A DNA stretch of 64,000 nucleotides from Alphaproteobacteria bacterium (GCA_965214705.1 OZ243972.1:1600001-1664000), one strand, 5' to 3'; shown: positions 19,232 to 29,866, counted from the first letter of the stretch. Program-made: numbers and translations. The notes: generated from the letters alone by a model not told the origin.

Positions 19232-20407
19232 TCACTCCGGGGCTGCACCGGGATCGGTGAGGCCCGGCAGGCGGCGCATCTCTTCGGTCCCGAGCGCAAG
19301 CCGCGCCGCCTCCATGGCGCCCCGCCGCTCGTCGAGCCGGAATCGCTCCCAGTCCAGCATGAGCGAGATGGCCTGCAGCATCGCCAGCTCGCGCAGAAGG
19401 TTATCGGCCGACATCTCCTGCAGTTCCACGAACCGGGAAGGGTCGTCGAAGCGGCGGCTCGCAAGCAGTTCCAGGAGTTCGTAGCGACTCACCGGTCCGT
19501 CCCTGCTCCACGCGCCTTCTGGCGCGACTGCATCCTCACCGCCCGCACCTGCTACGGCATCGGCCCAGGCCCGGAGACCGACGCCGGGGACGCGCAGGCT
19601 CCTTGCGTACCCGAAATAGTCCGCAGCCAGCGACGTCCGCGCGTCCGCCGCACGCGCCAGCAGCACCAGGCGGCGCTCCCGGTCGGTCTCGGCGGACGCC
19701 AGGGGCAGGGGGTCGTGCACCACCGGGGCCGCGAGGTTGCGTGAAAGCTCCACGGCGGCGTGGAGCTCCGCCTCGTCCCTGAAGGTGCGGTTGTCGAGGA
19801 GAGTCGCGGGCTTGAGGTCTGCGCCGTGCCAGGCGTCGTCGCCCCGGCACGTATCCTCGCCGGCACGGGCCGGACTGCAGTAATGGCGCGTGACGGTATC
19901 GAAGCGGGCGGCGCCGTCGGCGGCGCTGCCCGCTTCGGCCACGACCGCCCGGTCGCTGACGATGCGCCCGGTCTCGACTTCTCCCGCAGTCCTAGCCGCG
20001 TTCTCCGCCGTGCTCCGCGCCGCTTCGAGCCCCGCGAGACCCGTGACCGTCGAGCACGCGCTGCGGCTCGGCGCATGCGCGCGCATGGTTCTCGTCTCCT
20101 CGACCTCGCGCGCGGTCTGCGCCTGCAGCCGCGTCTGCGCGTCGAGGGCCTGGATCAGGGCCCGGGTGCTCTGGGCGGTGTAGCCCGAGAGCTGGCCCGT
20201 CTGGAGCCTGAGCGCCTCTATGATGGCGCGTTCCATCTCGTCGATCTCGCGGGTGATCTCGCGGATCGTCCGGCTCGCCTCGGCGCGGTCGTTGTCGGTG
20301 CGGTCGCAGCGGTGCGCCGACGCCGGGTCCGCCGGCGCCAACAGCCCGACCGCCGCCAGCATTCCAATCCCGATGCGGCGGATGATCCGCCTCATGCGAG
20401 CGGTCAT
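19232..20407 (-). CDS. traW: TraW-like periplasmic conjugation protein
   Basis: Signal peptide, coiled-coil N-terminus, HYC...C pair, C-terminal NLLRELA...AARLA; size and position upstream of traY/dotA fit IncI TraW. Confidence 0.6.
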   Translation of the reverse strand: MTARMRRIIRRIGIGMLAAVGLLAPADPASAHRCDRTDNDRAEASRTIREITREIDEMERAIIEALRLQTGQLSGYTAQSTRALIQALDAQTRLQAQTAREVEETRTMRAHAPSRSACSTVTGLAGLEAARSTAENAARTAGEVETGRIVSDRAVVAEAGSAADGAARFDTVTRHYCSPARAGEDTCRGDDAWHGADLKPATLLDNRTFRDEAELHAAVELSRNLAAPVVHDPLPLASAETDRERRLVLLARAADARTSLAADYFGYARSLRVPGVGLRAWADAVAGAGGEDAVAPEGAWSRDGPVSRYELLELLASRRFDDPSRFVELQEMSADNLLRELAMLQAISLMLDWERFRLDERRGAMEAARLALGTEEMRRLPGLTDPGAAPE

Positions 20408-20433
20408 CGGCGACCTCCGACGATATGCCTGAA

Positions 20434-20598
20434 GGGCTTATCCCTCTGGTTCCGGCTCCCCAAGATGCTGTACCGGCTGCTTCGACGAAGTCATTTGCCA
20501 TGGATCCTGTTTTCTAGCCCTTTCATAGCGTTAGCAACTGCAGGGTGGGCAAGCTGGCATTCCACATTTGGGCAAGCCGTGCTCAAAGGGATAAGCCT
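20434..20598. mobile_element. 165-bp MITE
   Basis: TIRs GGGCTTATCCCTCTG / CAAAGGGATAAGCCT; 10-bp direct repeat TATGCCTGAA at 20424-20433 and 20599-20608; lower GC than the flanks. Confidence 0.88.
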
Positions 20599-21061
20599 TA
20601 TGCCTGAATTGCTCCGCACTCCCCCCTTGCACAGTTCCCTCCATCGTTCCGACCGGATCGAGGCCGGGGAGGACAACCGTGCGGGCCGCGTAGAAGGCCT
20701 GGTCCAGGGACCGGCCGATATAGCCGCTGTATGCCTCGCGCGCCGCCGCGCAGATGCGCCGCTGCACCAGCCCCAGCAGGTCCGCCATGCCGCGCCCCGG
20801 ATCGAACAGGATGTCGAAGCGCCGGAAATCGAAGAGGTCGTCGAGGCACGAGAAATCCAGGATCGAGTCCGGGTCGCGGATGCCCTGGTCGGGATTGCGC
20901 AGGATCGCCACGTCGCGCTCGACGCCCGCACGGGCGCTCTCGGCCAGCGCCCGTTCGACTTCCGGCGCGCAATCGGCCTCGCCGCCGGCCCCGGCCGCTG
21001 CCCGTCCCGGCAGGAGGGCGAGCGCGAGCACGGCCGCGAGCAGGAGGCCGGGCCTATTCAT
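20531..21061 (-). CDS. TraL-like small secreted protein; C-terminus altered by the MITE
   Basis: Signal peptide, C...SARAGVER...SCL...ICAAAREA pattern resembling IncI TraL. The pre-insertion stop would be at 20404. Confidence 0.6.
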   Translation of the reverse strand: MNRPGLLLAAVLALALLPGRAAAGAGGEADCAPEVERALAESARAGVERDVAILRNPDQGIRDPDSILDFSCLDDLFDFRRFDILFDPGRGMADLLGLVQRRICAAAREAYSGYIGRSLDQAFYAARTVVLPGLDPVGTMEGTVQGGSAEQFRHKAYPFEHGLPKCGMPACPPCSC

Positions 21062-21749
21062 GCCCCGAGGCGCCGTCAGCGGAGGCTGCGGCGTGTCGAG
21101 GCGCCGCTGCGGCAAGAGCGGCAACCGATTCTGCCGGGCCGTCCGCCCCGCGGCCGGGCGCAGCATCGTTGTCGGCCGGCGCCGACGATCTTGCACCGGC
21201 GTCCGCGTTGCCCCCGCCTGCATCGTCTGCAGACTCGGTCGCGCGCTCTGGGCCTCCGGCTTCGCCGCCGTCCAGCGCGGGCGAAGCAGCGGCGCTCTCC
21301 GCCACGGCATCGGCACCACCCCCGTCGTCCGCGGCGGCCGCGCCGCCGACAGCACCGGCGGCAGCCCCGCCCGGCGGGTCGCCATCTCCGCCGTTCCCAC
21401 CGGCTTTCCTCTTGGAGAGCACGTTGACCGTGCCGCCGCGCCCGGCGACCACGATCTCGATGGCCCGCCGCTCGTTCCCGGCCTTGTCCTCCCAGGAGCG
21501 CGTGGCGATGCGGCCCTCCACCAGTACCGGATCGCCCTTGCGCACGCGCGTCCTCACCACCTCCGCCGCGGCACCGTAGGCCACGATCGTGTGCCACTGC
21601 GTGGCCTCGCCCACCGTGTCGTCCTTGCGCCGGAAGCGCTCGGTGGTGGCCAGGCTGAACTGCGCCACGTCGTCGCCCGACGGCAGCTTGCGCATCTCCG
21701 GATGCTTCCCGGCGAAGCCCAGAAGCGTCGCCCTGTTCATCGTCAACAT
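21054..21749 (-). CDS. ssb: Single-stranded DNA-binding protein
   Basis: MNRATLLG, FSLATTE, TQWHTIV, RKGDPVLVEGRI and TRSWEDK; long G/A/D-rich tail without the usual DIPF tip. Confidence 0.9.
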   Translation of the reverse strand: MLTMNRATLLGFAGKHPEMRKLPSGDDVAQFSLATTERFRRKDDTVGEATQWHTIVAYGAAAEVVRTRVRKGDPVLVEGRIATRSWEDKAGNERRAIEIVVAGRGGTVNVLSKRKAGGNGGDGDPPGGAAAGAVGGAAAADDGGGADAVAESAAASPALDGGEAGGPERATESADDAGGGNADAGARSSAPADNDAAPGRGADGPAESVAALAAAAPRHAAASADGASGHE

Positions 21750-21794
21750 GGTCGTGGTCTCCTTTCGTTGCGGTTGCGGTCGATGTCGTTGCTG

Positions 21795-24787
21795 TCAGGC
21801 CGCAATGGCCGGCCCCGCCAGCGCGTCGCGTGTGAGCTCGTCCGCGAGCCTGTCCAGCAGGTCGCGCTCGGAGCCGGCGTTGCGGGCGCCGCGCAGCTCC
21901 AGCCGGCGCAGAGCCGTCTCCAGCCATTCGCGTGCGCTGCCGGCTGGGAACCGCCTGGCCAGCGCGGCCCGTGCCGCGGCCGGCGGCAGCCTCTCGTGCA
22001 GCCGCTCGCGCAGAGCCGCGTCGCGAGGACTGGTGGTCAGCGCCCAGAGCTCCACCGGCCCCGGTGCGTTCACCACCAGCTGCTCGAAACGGCCGCGAGC
22101 GTCCGCGGCGATCAGCAGGGCGGGCGCGCCGTTCGGGCTCGGTCCCGTGAGCCGATGCGACACCGCATCGACCACTGTTCCGCTGAGCTCGAACACCTTC
22201 GAGAGCGCCTCGAGCTCGCCCGCCTTTCCGCCCGCCCCCAGCACCCAGATGCGGTTGGCGAGCTCCGCAAGGGCCTCGCCGAAATCGTCGAGGCGCTGCG
22301 AGGCGAGGCAGAGGCGCACCCCGTGCTTCCGTGCCTCGCGGGCGTCGCGCTCCACCTGGGCGCGCACGGCGGGTGCCGCGCCCGTGCGGTGGAACTCGTC
22401 GAAGGCGAGGCGCTTCGGGGTCTCGCGGATCTCCCGCACCCGCTGCCGGTGCCATTCGCGATAGCGCTCCGGCACCAGGTCGACGTCCTCCTCGGCGATC
22501 CACCAGTGCCGGGTGAGCGCGTGACGGGCCAGCATGTAGAAGGCGGCGGTCTGGCGGTCGGACTCCGCCGAGCCCCTGGGCGCCACCTCGCGCAGGTCGA
22601 TGGCGGCGATGCGCGCCATGCCGGTGTCGAACGCGGTGGGCGCGAACATCGCGGGCCAGGAGCCGGCAAGCGCGGTGAGGATGCGGATGAAGGCCTGGGT
22701 GACGGTCTCGCCGCCGGCTCCATGGCGGGCGTCGCCCACCAGGCCCTGCACCGCTGGCTCGCGGACCGCTGCCAGAAAGTCGCCCGGCACCGGCACCGCG
22801 TAGCGCTGCGCACGGGTCGCGCTCACCGGATCGCCCACGTCGAACAGCGCATCGACCACCTCCCACCAGGGGACGTCCACCGGCTTGCACCCGGCCCGCT
22901 CCAGGGCCTCGTCGACCTCGGCGTCCCTGCCGGGCGCGTAGACATTGGGCTCCGCGCCCGCAATCGCGTCGGAGCGGAGCGCGTAGGCCTCGCGACGGTG
23001 GGGCCGATCAGCTCGCGCATCCCGTCGGGGACGCCGCCCGCGCCCGCAGGCGTCAGGATCAGGCCCAGCAGGTTTTCCAGGAAGGCGCGCTCCGCCGGCA
23101 GCGGCGCGCGGCAGCCGAGCTGGGTGTCGCAGGGGTTGATGGCCCGCTCGGCGCTCATGCGCAGCGGGAACCAGCCGGCCTCGGAGTGCCGTTCGGGCGG
23201 CAGCGCCTCTCGGACCAGCGAGATCAGGCCGGCGGAAGACGGGCCGATATCGATGGTGGCGGAGAGCGGCAGCTTCGACTGGCCGGCCTGGAGGAGGTGG
23301 GCCAGGGTGAGGCTGTTCATCAGCACCGACTTGCCCCGGCCGGGGATTCCGTGAATCAGTTCGAAGCCGTGGTCCTCGCCCTCCTCGCAAGACCAGGGCA
23401 GCATCTTGCCGTCGGGTGCCCGGAACACGTGGTTGACGGCCGCGCGCGCGAGCGGCGCCGGGCGGCACACGGGCAGCAGGCGGATCGTCTCCGAAAGGGG
23501 TGAGAGAGCCGGCTCGGCGGTGCCGCCGCAGCAGAAGCCGGGCACCGTTGCCGCGAAGGCTTCCAGGGGATCGCCCACCAGCGGCGAGAACACCGCCTCG
23601 CCCCAGCCCTCGGCCAGCTGCTGCAGCCGCCCGAGCCGACGCGCCAGCTCCTCCTCTCCTTCCTCGGGAGACACCCAGGTGAGCATGCCGAGGCGCAGGC
23701 GCACCACGGCCTGCGCCGCCGCGTCCTGTTCCGCCAGAGATCGCATGGCGTCACGCACGGCGCGGCTGTCCGGGTGGGAGAAGGCGAGGAAGGCGGACGA
23801 TACCCGTGCCAGCGCCGCACTCAGGCGCCGCATGCCGCCGCCTTCGATCAGGATGGAGACGCGGCACGCGAGCCCGGCCTCGGCCAGCCGCTCCATAAAC
23901 TCGGCGAAAGGACGCGCGCGCCTGGGCCCGAGGGTCATGTCGAGAGCGCCATAGAGGCGGTTACCGATGCGGACGCCGTTTCCTGCACGCACGGGGTCCC
24001 GGATCAGGATCTGAGTGCTGAGCGGCGGCGGGAAGGCGCCCGCCTCTGGCGGCTCGGTGGCCCTGGCGTGGGCGTCGTTGACGGCTGTAACCGGGCGCCA
24101 GTCCGGCGCGGTGCTGTCGGGGCCGTTGAGCAGGACCCGCATGGTCCTGAGCGCCGCGTCGTCGCCGAGCCGCTCGGCGACGATCCCCGTCTCGCCGAAC
24201 AGCCCGCCCAGAGCATCCACCAGCGCTGCGTGGCGTGGCTCGAGGCCGTCGAGAACGGCATGGGGGCACTGGGACTCGCCCGCCTCCGGCGGCCAGTCCT
24301 TAAGCTGCCGATGCAGCCGTTTGCGGCCCCTCCTGGCTTCCGCTGCCGTCAGGCACGCGGGCCGGGTCCAGCAGGCGAGGACCGCGGTTTCGGCGGCGAG
24401 CAGGGGCGCGAGGAAACGCGACCGCTCGCCGAGAACGTCGCGCAACTCGAGGCCCAGCTTCGCCGCCTGGTTCCCGGTCCGCGCGCAGATGCGCTCCACG
24501 TGCGCCCCGGCCTCGTCGGGGGCCCGCTCCAGCATCAGGTGCAGCGCGTGGCCGGTACCGGCGAGGCGGCTGTTGAGGCGCCGGCAAGCGAGTTCGACGA
24601 AGCGCTCGAGCTCTTCGACCCCCGTCATCGAGCGCGCGCCGTCGAGGCGGAAGAGCGACACCAGCGAGCCGTCCCGGCATGCGAGCAGACCTTTGCCCGC
24701 TGCGGCCTCGGGCAGCAGGAAACTCTCCAGCGGCTTGCGCCGGAGCGTCCAGCTCGCCGCCAGCACGTCTTCGAGCGCGCGATGCAT
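21795..24787 (-). pseudogene. traU: IcmB/DotO/TraU ATPase with a 1-nt frameshift at ~22995
   Basis: GIPGRGKS Walker A, IDIGPSS, INPCDTQLGCR, then in the -1 frame DEFHRT, REARKHG, LASQ and GPVELWALTT. Confidence 0.88.
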
Positions 24788-24797
24788 CGATGCGTCC

Positions 24798-25160
24798 TCA
24801 GAGCCTGGGCCGGCTAACGGTCTGGTCGGCGCCGCCCAGGCCGAAGGTGTCGCCGAGCCCGTTGATCACCGCGGGCGCAGCGATCAGCGCCACCCCGATC
24901 AGGATGGCGATGAGGCCCGAGCCCAAGGTGGTCTGCTGCGGGTGGTCCACGTGGCGCTTGAGCTTGAGCAGCCCGAACCCCGCAACGGCGGCGCCCACGA
25001 TGTAGAAGCCGATGGCCAGCAGGCCCGGCACGGTGTCGAGGTCCGTCGCGGCCTTCTCCGCCATATCTCCCAGCGACACCGCCCATGCCGGCGAGACCCG
25101 CAGCGCCGACGCCCAGAGCGCCGTGCTCCCGAGGAGCGTCAGTGCGGTCCCCTTGGTCAT
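24798..25160 (-). CDS. IcmD/TraR-like (DUF6750-like) small membrane protein
   Basis: Signal plus two TMs, GLLKLKRHVDHPQQ and IGVALIAAP; lies between traQ and traU. Confidence 0.7.
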   Translation of the reverse strand: MTKGTALTLLGSTALWASALRVSPAWAVSLGDMAEKAATDLDTVPGLLAIGFYIVGAAVAGFGLLKLKRHVDHPQQTTLGSGLIAILIGVALIAAPAVINGLGDTFGLGGADQTVSRPRL

Positions 25161-25170
25161 ATTCGTCTCC

Positions 25171-25707
25171 TCACGTGATCCGCAGAACCTCGATGCCGAG
25201 GCTGGTCTGCACCGCCCCGATCAGGCTCTCCGCGTGCCAGGCGCAGACGCCGCCCAGCATGTGCATGGCGGCTCGCCCGGCGCTGGCGCCCGGCTGGCCG
25301 TCGGCGGCCGCGCGCAGCACGAACACCCCTCTCAGGAAGGCCAGCAACCCGACCCAGCCGACGATTGTGAGCACGGCACCGAGCAGGGCGTCGTAGTCGG
25401 CGGCCGCGCTCCCGTGGCCGAGGCTCGCGGAGGCCGCGGTCCCCCCTGCGCCGAACAGGCTCTCTGTCCCGGCCGAGATCCAGGAGGGGAAAGACACCAT
25501 GACTAGGCAGACCATGAAGCAGAGCGCGGTGCCGGCGGCGGAGGGGCCGTGGAAGCGGTCTTCCGAAAGCCGCAGAAGCCGCGCGCACCCCTGGAGGAAG
25601 GCCAGCAATCCCAGCAAGTAGCAGGCCACCGAGATCAGCCCCATCAGGGCGGGATCCAGGTCCCGCACCAGGGAGATCAGCGCCTCGCCGATGCCGGTGC
25701 CGTTCAT
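25171..25707 (-). CDS. TraQ/IcmC-like membrane protein
   Basis: Four TMs, VGLLAFLRG and HMLGG motifs; position downstream of dotG. Confidence 0.7.
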   Translation of the reverse strand: MNGTGIGEALISLVRDLDPALMGLISVACYLLGLLAFLQGCARLLRLSEDRFHGPSAAGTALCFMVCLVMVSFPSWISAGTESLFGAGGTAASASLGHGSAAADYDALLGAVLTIVGWVGLLAFLRGVFVLRAAADGQPGASAGRAAMHMLGGVCAWHAESLIGAVQTSLGIEVLRIT

Positions 25708-26819
25708 CGGTTCTCTCCCGGCGGGGCGGCGAAGTGGCGAGCCACCATCACCACCAGAGGGGTGTTGCGGGGAATGTGGATCGTGGTCTCCCTGGGTGCG
25801 TCCACCGCAAGGATGTCGCCGAGTGTTCGCGTCGCCGCCGCGGCGCCCGCGTAAAGCGCCTCCTCGGTGCCGGCCTCTGCGCGATCGTGAAACACCGTGC
25901 CATCGTCGATCGTGACGGTCCTGGCGGGCATGGCCACGGCATTGAGAAACCCCTCGGCGAACCTTGCCGCCGCAGGCAGCACGACGCGCGCGAGGAAGTG
26001 CCGTTCCACCTCGCCCTCGATGCCGTAGCAGGCGCAGTTCGGATCCACCCCCCAGGCCTCTATGGGGAACGTCTCGCCTTGCCAGGTCAGGCTGGTGAGC
26101 CGCAGCACCAGGCGCTGTCCGGCCCGCTCGAAGCCACCGTGCGCCACGGCGCCCGCGAGCGGCGGCTGCAGCAGCTCCAGCACCACGGGTCCCGGATAGT
26201 CCGAGTCCACCGCGTAGAGCGTGCGGGCATAGAAACCGTCGCCCGCGCGGACCGGCAGCAGCCGACCGGCACCGTCGCCGTGTTCCGCCAGGGGGGCGTG
26301 GTCGCCGCCGGCCCGTGCCTCCGGTTGCACGTAACGCAGCCGCGCGATCGCAGGCGTGCGCGTCCAGGTCTCCAGAAGCACGCCCACCATCTCCGCGAGA
26401 CCGTTGTCGCCGGCGCGCGGGTTCCCATGCACCGTCCTCTCGTAAGGCGTGACCGGCCGTTCCACCGGCACATCCTCTTCCCTCGACGGAGCGGCTGTGG
26501 CCGCTGCGCCGTGGTTCTCGGGCCCAGCTGCAGGCAGCACCGCGCGCGGCGCCCGGCCCGTGCCGTGGAACATCGGCATGAACGAGTGGCCTTCCTCGCG
26601 GGCATCGTGGAGGCGCTGGCGGTCGCGCTCGTCGAGCGTGTCCCGGTATGCCGGCGAGACCGGGTCCTCAGGGTCGAGCCTCACGTCCCGGTTGTCCGGC
26701 ACCTGCGGCCAGGCCGCGTCCGACAGGCCGAGCCCCAGCAGCAGGGCGAACAGGGTGGCCGCAGGAAGCCGGCGGGTGCCGGCAGCGCCGGGATTTCTGG
26801 CGGTCCGCTCAATCGTCAT
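25704..26819 (-). CDS. dotG: DotG/IcmE/TraO (VirB10-like) protein
   Basis: VRAGDGFYART, VDSDYPGPV, IEAWGVDP, VERHFLAR and TTIHIPRNTPLVVM. Confidence 0.85.
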   Translation of the reverse strand: MTIERTARNPGAAGTRRLPAATLFALLLGLGLSDAAWPQVPDNRDVRLDPEDPVSPAYRDTLDERDRQRLHDAREEGHSFMPMFHGTGRAPRAVLPAAGPENHGAAATAAPSREEDVPVERPVTPYERTVHGNPRAGDNGLAEMVGVLLETWTRTPAIARLRYVQPEARAGGDHAPLAEHGDGAGRLLPVRAGDGFYARTLYAVDSDYPGPVVLELLQPPLAGAVAHGGFERAGQRLVLRLTSLTWQGETFPIEAWGVDPNCACYGIEGEVERHFLARVVLPAAARFAEGFLNAVAMPARTVTIDDGTVFHDRAEAGTEEALYAGAAAATRTLGDILAVDAPRETTIHIPRNTPLVVMVARHFAAPPGENR

Positions 26820-27783
26820 CGCGGGTTCCTCCGCTCTCGGTCTCCGGGAACATCGAAATCTCTTCCCGTTCGTGGAACGCGAGGCGCGTCTCACTGCCGT
26901 CACGGGTCACGATCGCGTAGGGGGTGTCCGGCAGGCGGTAAGCCCAGCGTCCGCCGGCGCCGCGCTCCGCCGCCCAGGGAGCTGGGGAAAGAAGGTGCGC
27001 GCCCGTCACCAGAAGGAGCTCGCCGTCGAGGCGCCAGGCCCGGTCGTCCCGGCCGCCGCCCTCGATCGCCAGACGCTCCGCCCCCGGCGGCCCAATGCCG
27101 CCCAGCAGGTCCAGCAGCGCCCGATCGCCGGCATGGAAGCCCGCGACCGCAGGCGCTGCGGGGGCCGCGTTCGGACCGTGAAGGCCCAGCCTCACCTCGA
27201 CCCGGAAATCCGCCGTAGCGCCGCCGCCTCGCAGGATGAGGGCCAGCGGCTCGGCCAGCCCGCGCAGCTTGACGACGGCGTTGCCGTGCAGAGCGCGCGC
27301 CTGCGGCGCCAGGTAGAGCACGTGACCCGCCTTGCCGCCGCCGTCGCTCCCGTCCGCCTCAGGCAGAACTGCCTCAGGCACAAAGCGGCCGTCCACGAGC
27401 ACTTCCTCGATCGGCCAGGGAGCGCCTGTGGCGTCGGCGAAGGTCACCGCTGTCACGTAGCCCTTGCGCACCGCGAGCGCGGGGATCGCGCCGTCCCCCG
27501 GTACGCCGATGCGCACCCGCCGGATGCGCCCCTCCGGCGGCACGTCCGCCGCCCGCGCGATCGCGTCCTGCGTCTCCCGCAGCAGGCGGCCGAGAGCCTC
27601 GATCTGGTCTGTCGTGAACGGCATCGCCGCCCGCCCCTCGCGCGCCACCGCACCGTCCGGCGCCGCATGACCGGCCCAGACCTCGCCGGCAATCGGAGCG
27701 GCGTCCTGCGCCACGGCAGTTGCCGGCACTGCGCCCGCCATCAGAACGGCCGTCAGGAGGACGAGCGCCGGGCGCGTCGTCAT
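26809..27783 (-). CDS. dotH: DotH/IcmK/TraN protein
   Basis: PFTTDQI, GYVTAVTFADATGAPWPI, HGNAVVKL and GLHGPNA. Confidence 0.9.
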   Translation of the reverse strand: MTTRPALVLLTAVLMAGAVPATAVAQDAAPIAGEVWAGHAAPDGAVAREGRAAMPFTTDQIEALGRLLRETQDAIARAADVPPEGRIRRVRIGVPGDGAIPALAVRKGYVTAVTFADATGAPWPIEEVLVDGRFVPEAVLPEADGSDGGGKAGHVLYLAPQARALHGNAVVKLRGLAEPLALILRGGGATADFRVEVRLGLHGPNAAPAAPAVAGFHAGDRALLDLLGGIGPPGAERLAIEGGGRDDRAWRLDGELLLVTGAHLLSPAPWAAERGAGGRWAYRLPDTPYAIVTRDGSETRLAFHEREEISMFPETESGGTRDDD

Positions 27784-28424
27784 TGCGAAGGCCTCCGCTT
27801 CTCTGCGAGCAACTGCTCGATGCCAATGCCCGCGGGGCGCTCTGAAAGCGGCACGCGCATCACCAGCACACGCGCGATCAGATCCTGGCTCACGCTCCGC
27901 GCCCCGGCGGCGAAGGTCACCAGAAGCGGGAACTCGATGGCCCAGCCAAGACGGTCCTGGAAGTAGCGCGTGTCCGTCACCACCGGCGCGCCTTGCGCCA
28001 CCGCCGAGGCCACCTGCAGGTTGTCGCGCAGGCGGTCCAGGAACAGGCTCTCGTTCAGGCTCGCGAGGAAGGATTCGTAGCCATCGTCCGTAAAGCTCTC
28101 GCGCACCGAGGCGAGGCGCAGCCGCCAGTCGTGGTGGCCGAGGGTGAAGGCCTCGGTCACCGCCGCGACGGTCCAGTTCCTGAGCGCCGCGTCGGACATG
28201 ATCGGCTCGTCGAGCGGCGTCAGCGGCACCAGCCTGCCGTCGGGCGTCGCGGCCACGGTGACGTAAATCGGCGCGTATAGCGCGAGGGAGACGCCGAGGG
28301 CGGCCAGCGAGAGTGTGTTGCAGAGCAGCAGCCAGCCCGCCGCCCGGCGCCAGCCATGGTGCTGGTCGCGGTGGAAGGCGAAGCGGTTCGCCGCCTGCCT
28401 GATCGCGCGCAACCGCTCACTCAT
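27780..28424 (-). CDS. dotI: DotI/IcmL/TraM protein
   Basis: TM then ATPDGRLVPLTPLDEP, FTDDGYESF, WAIEFPL and GIGIEQL. Confidence 0.92.
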   Translation of the reverse strand: MSERLRAIRQAANRFAFHRDQHHGWRRAAGWLLLCNTLSLAALGVSLALYAPIYVTVAATPDGRLVPLTPLDEPIMSDAALRNWTVAAVTEAFTLGHHDWRLRLASVRESFTDDGYESFLASLNESLFLDRLRDNLQVASAVAQGAPVVTDTRYFQDRLGWAIEFPLLVTFAAGARSVSQDLIARVLVMRVPLSERPAGIGIEQLLAEKRRPSQ

Positions 28425-29313
28425 GGGGCAGCCCCCCGAGCCAGGCCGCGATATCGTCGATATCGCCGAGATTGTGCGCGATGCGTCCGTCGCGCGCCTG
28501 CCAGGCGATGAGCGGCACGGCGCCGACGCCCCACTCCTCGAAGAGGGCGTTGTTGCGTTCGATCCGCCGCCCTCCCTCGGACCGGGCCGCCCCGGCGGCG
28601 CCTTCGAACCAGGCCAGCGCAGGATCGGGAGACGACGCGATGGCGGCGGCCTCCCGCGCAGAGGCGGCGCCGAGCACGCCCACGGGCACGACGAGGAGCT
28701 GCAGCTTTCCGTCCAGCGCCACGTGTCCGAGCCGCGCCACGGCGGAACGCGACCAGCGGCAGGCGGGGTCGGCGAACATCGTCACCAGCGGACCGTGGCG
28801 CCCCAGTGTGAACCCGAAAGCGTCCCTTGAGCGTTCGAATAGCGCCTCCGCGTTGCGGATCCCCGGACCCTTCTCGTATGCGTGCGCCAGGCGGGTCGTG
28901 CCGCTCATCGATCCACTGGAAGCAGCGCTCCGACCTCTCGGGTATTCATCTTCTGCGTGTCGAGCAGCCCTCGGTTCCCGATCTGCGCCGAGGCCTCCTG
29001 CGGCCGCGATCTGGCGGCCGGTGAGCAGCGTCCCGTCGGGTGCATAGAGCAGCCCGGCGACGGCGTGCCCGTCGGGTGAGAGATAGAGGCCGTAGGCGTC
29101 GCCTTCCCCAACCTCCACCAAGTAGCCCTCGAGCCCGCCCTGCCGGCCGAGTTCGATAATCCGTGCACCGTTAGCCTGCAGGGCCGATACCAGCCCCGAT
29201 TCCTTGGCTTCCTCGAGGGCGGAGCGCTCGTGGCTCGCCGTCTGGGTGGTCTGCGATACTGCGGCGAGCAGGAACCCCGCCATCAGCAGGAGAGCCGTCG
29301 CCGCACCTCTCAT
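28417..29313 (-). CDS. DsbC/DsbG-like thioredoxin-fold protein (TrbB-like) with CxxS
   Basis: Signal peptide, YLSPDGHAVAGLLY, FADPACRWS, VPVGVLG and the cis-Pro motif GAVP. Confidence 0.75.
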   Translation of the reverse strand: MRGAATALLLMAGFLLAAVSQTTQTASHERSALEEAKESGLVSALQANGARIIELGRQGGLEGYLVEVGEGDAYGLYLSPDGHAVAGLLYAPDGTLLTGRQIAAAGGLGADREPRAARHAEDEYPRGRSAASSGSMSGTTRLAHAYEKGPGIRNAEALFERSRDAFGFTLGRHGPLVTMFADPACRWSRSAVARLGHVALDGKLQLLVVPVGVLGAASAREAAAIASSPDPALAWFEGAAGAARSEGGRRIERNNALFEEWGVGAVPLIAWQARDGRIAHNLGDIDDIAAWLGGLPHE

Positions 29314-29858
29314 TGCCCGTGCTCCTGGGTGCGCGCCCGGTGCAGCACAGCGAAGGTGCGACGATCCGTCCTGAGCTCGCCCACCGGCGGGTGCGGCAGG
29401 TAGGAGAGGGCGTGAAACAGCGCCTCCGAGGCTTCCTCGAACGAGCCTTGGAACAGCCGCGCCTCGTGCAGCCGGTAGCGCCGATCCGTAAGGAAGAGAA
29501 CCTCGATGCCTCTACGCGCGCCCCAGCGGCCCAAGACCTCGCGCAGCGTCTCGTCCGCCCGGACGTGCCAGTGTCCGGCGTCGTGGACCGCTGGCTGCGC
29601 CGCGCGGTCCCGCGCATCCACCGATCTCCCGCCTGCGACGGTCACCGGCACCTGCAATGGAGGGGCGATTGCGCTGCTTGCCCGGTTGCCGATGCCGTCC
29701 TCGACCGAACGGACACCGGCTCGCCCCGCCCCGGTGCCGATATCGGAACCGCTCTCGAGCGTTGCGTCCCCGGCCGGTTGGTCCGGCGGCACGTACACGA
29801 ATTCTGCGCGTGCGGCGGTCGACATGCACATGATGACCAATGCCATCGCGCCAGCCAT
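29310..29858 (-). CDS. Secreted TcpQ-domain protein
   Basis: Signal ...ARA-EFVYVPP; C-terminal WHVRADETLREVLGRW...YRL...FQGSFEEA. The start codon is uncertain. Confidence 0.7.
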   Translation of the reverse strand: MAGAMALVIMCMSTAARAEFVYVPPDQPAGDATLESGSDIGTGAGRAGVRSVEDGIGNRASSAIAPPLQVPVTVAGGRSVDARDRAAQPAVHDAGHWHVRADETLREVLGRWGARRGIEVLFLTDRRYRLHEARLFQGSFEEASEALFHALSYLPHPPVGELRTDRRTFAVLHRARTQEHGQ

Positions 29859-29866
29859 CGAGACGG

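Noticed and set aside
16955-23354. Very long + strand ORFs (929, 555 and 866 aa) and similar antisense ORFs across the window
   Set aside because: Shadow frames of high-GC genes: Arg/Pro/Ala-rich, motif-free and opposite well-supported genes.
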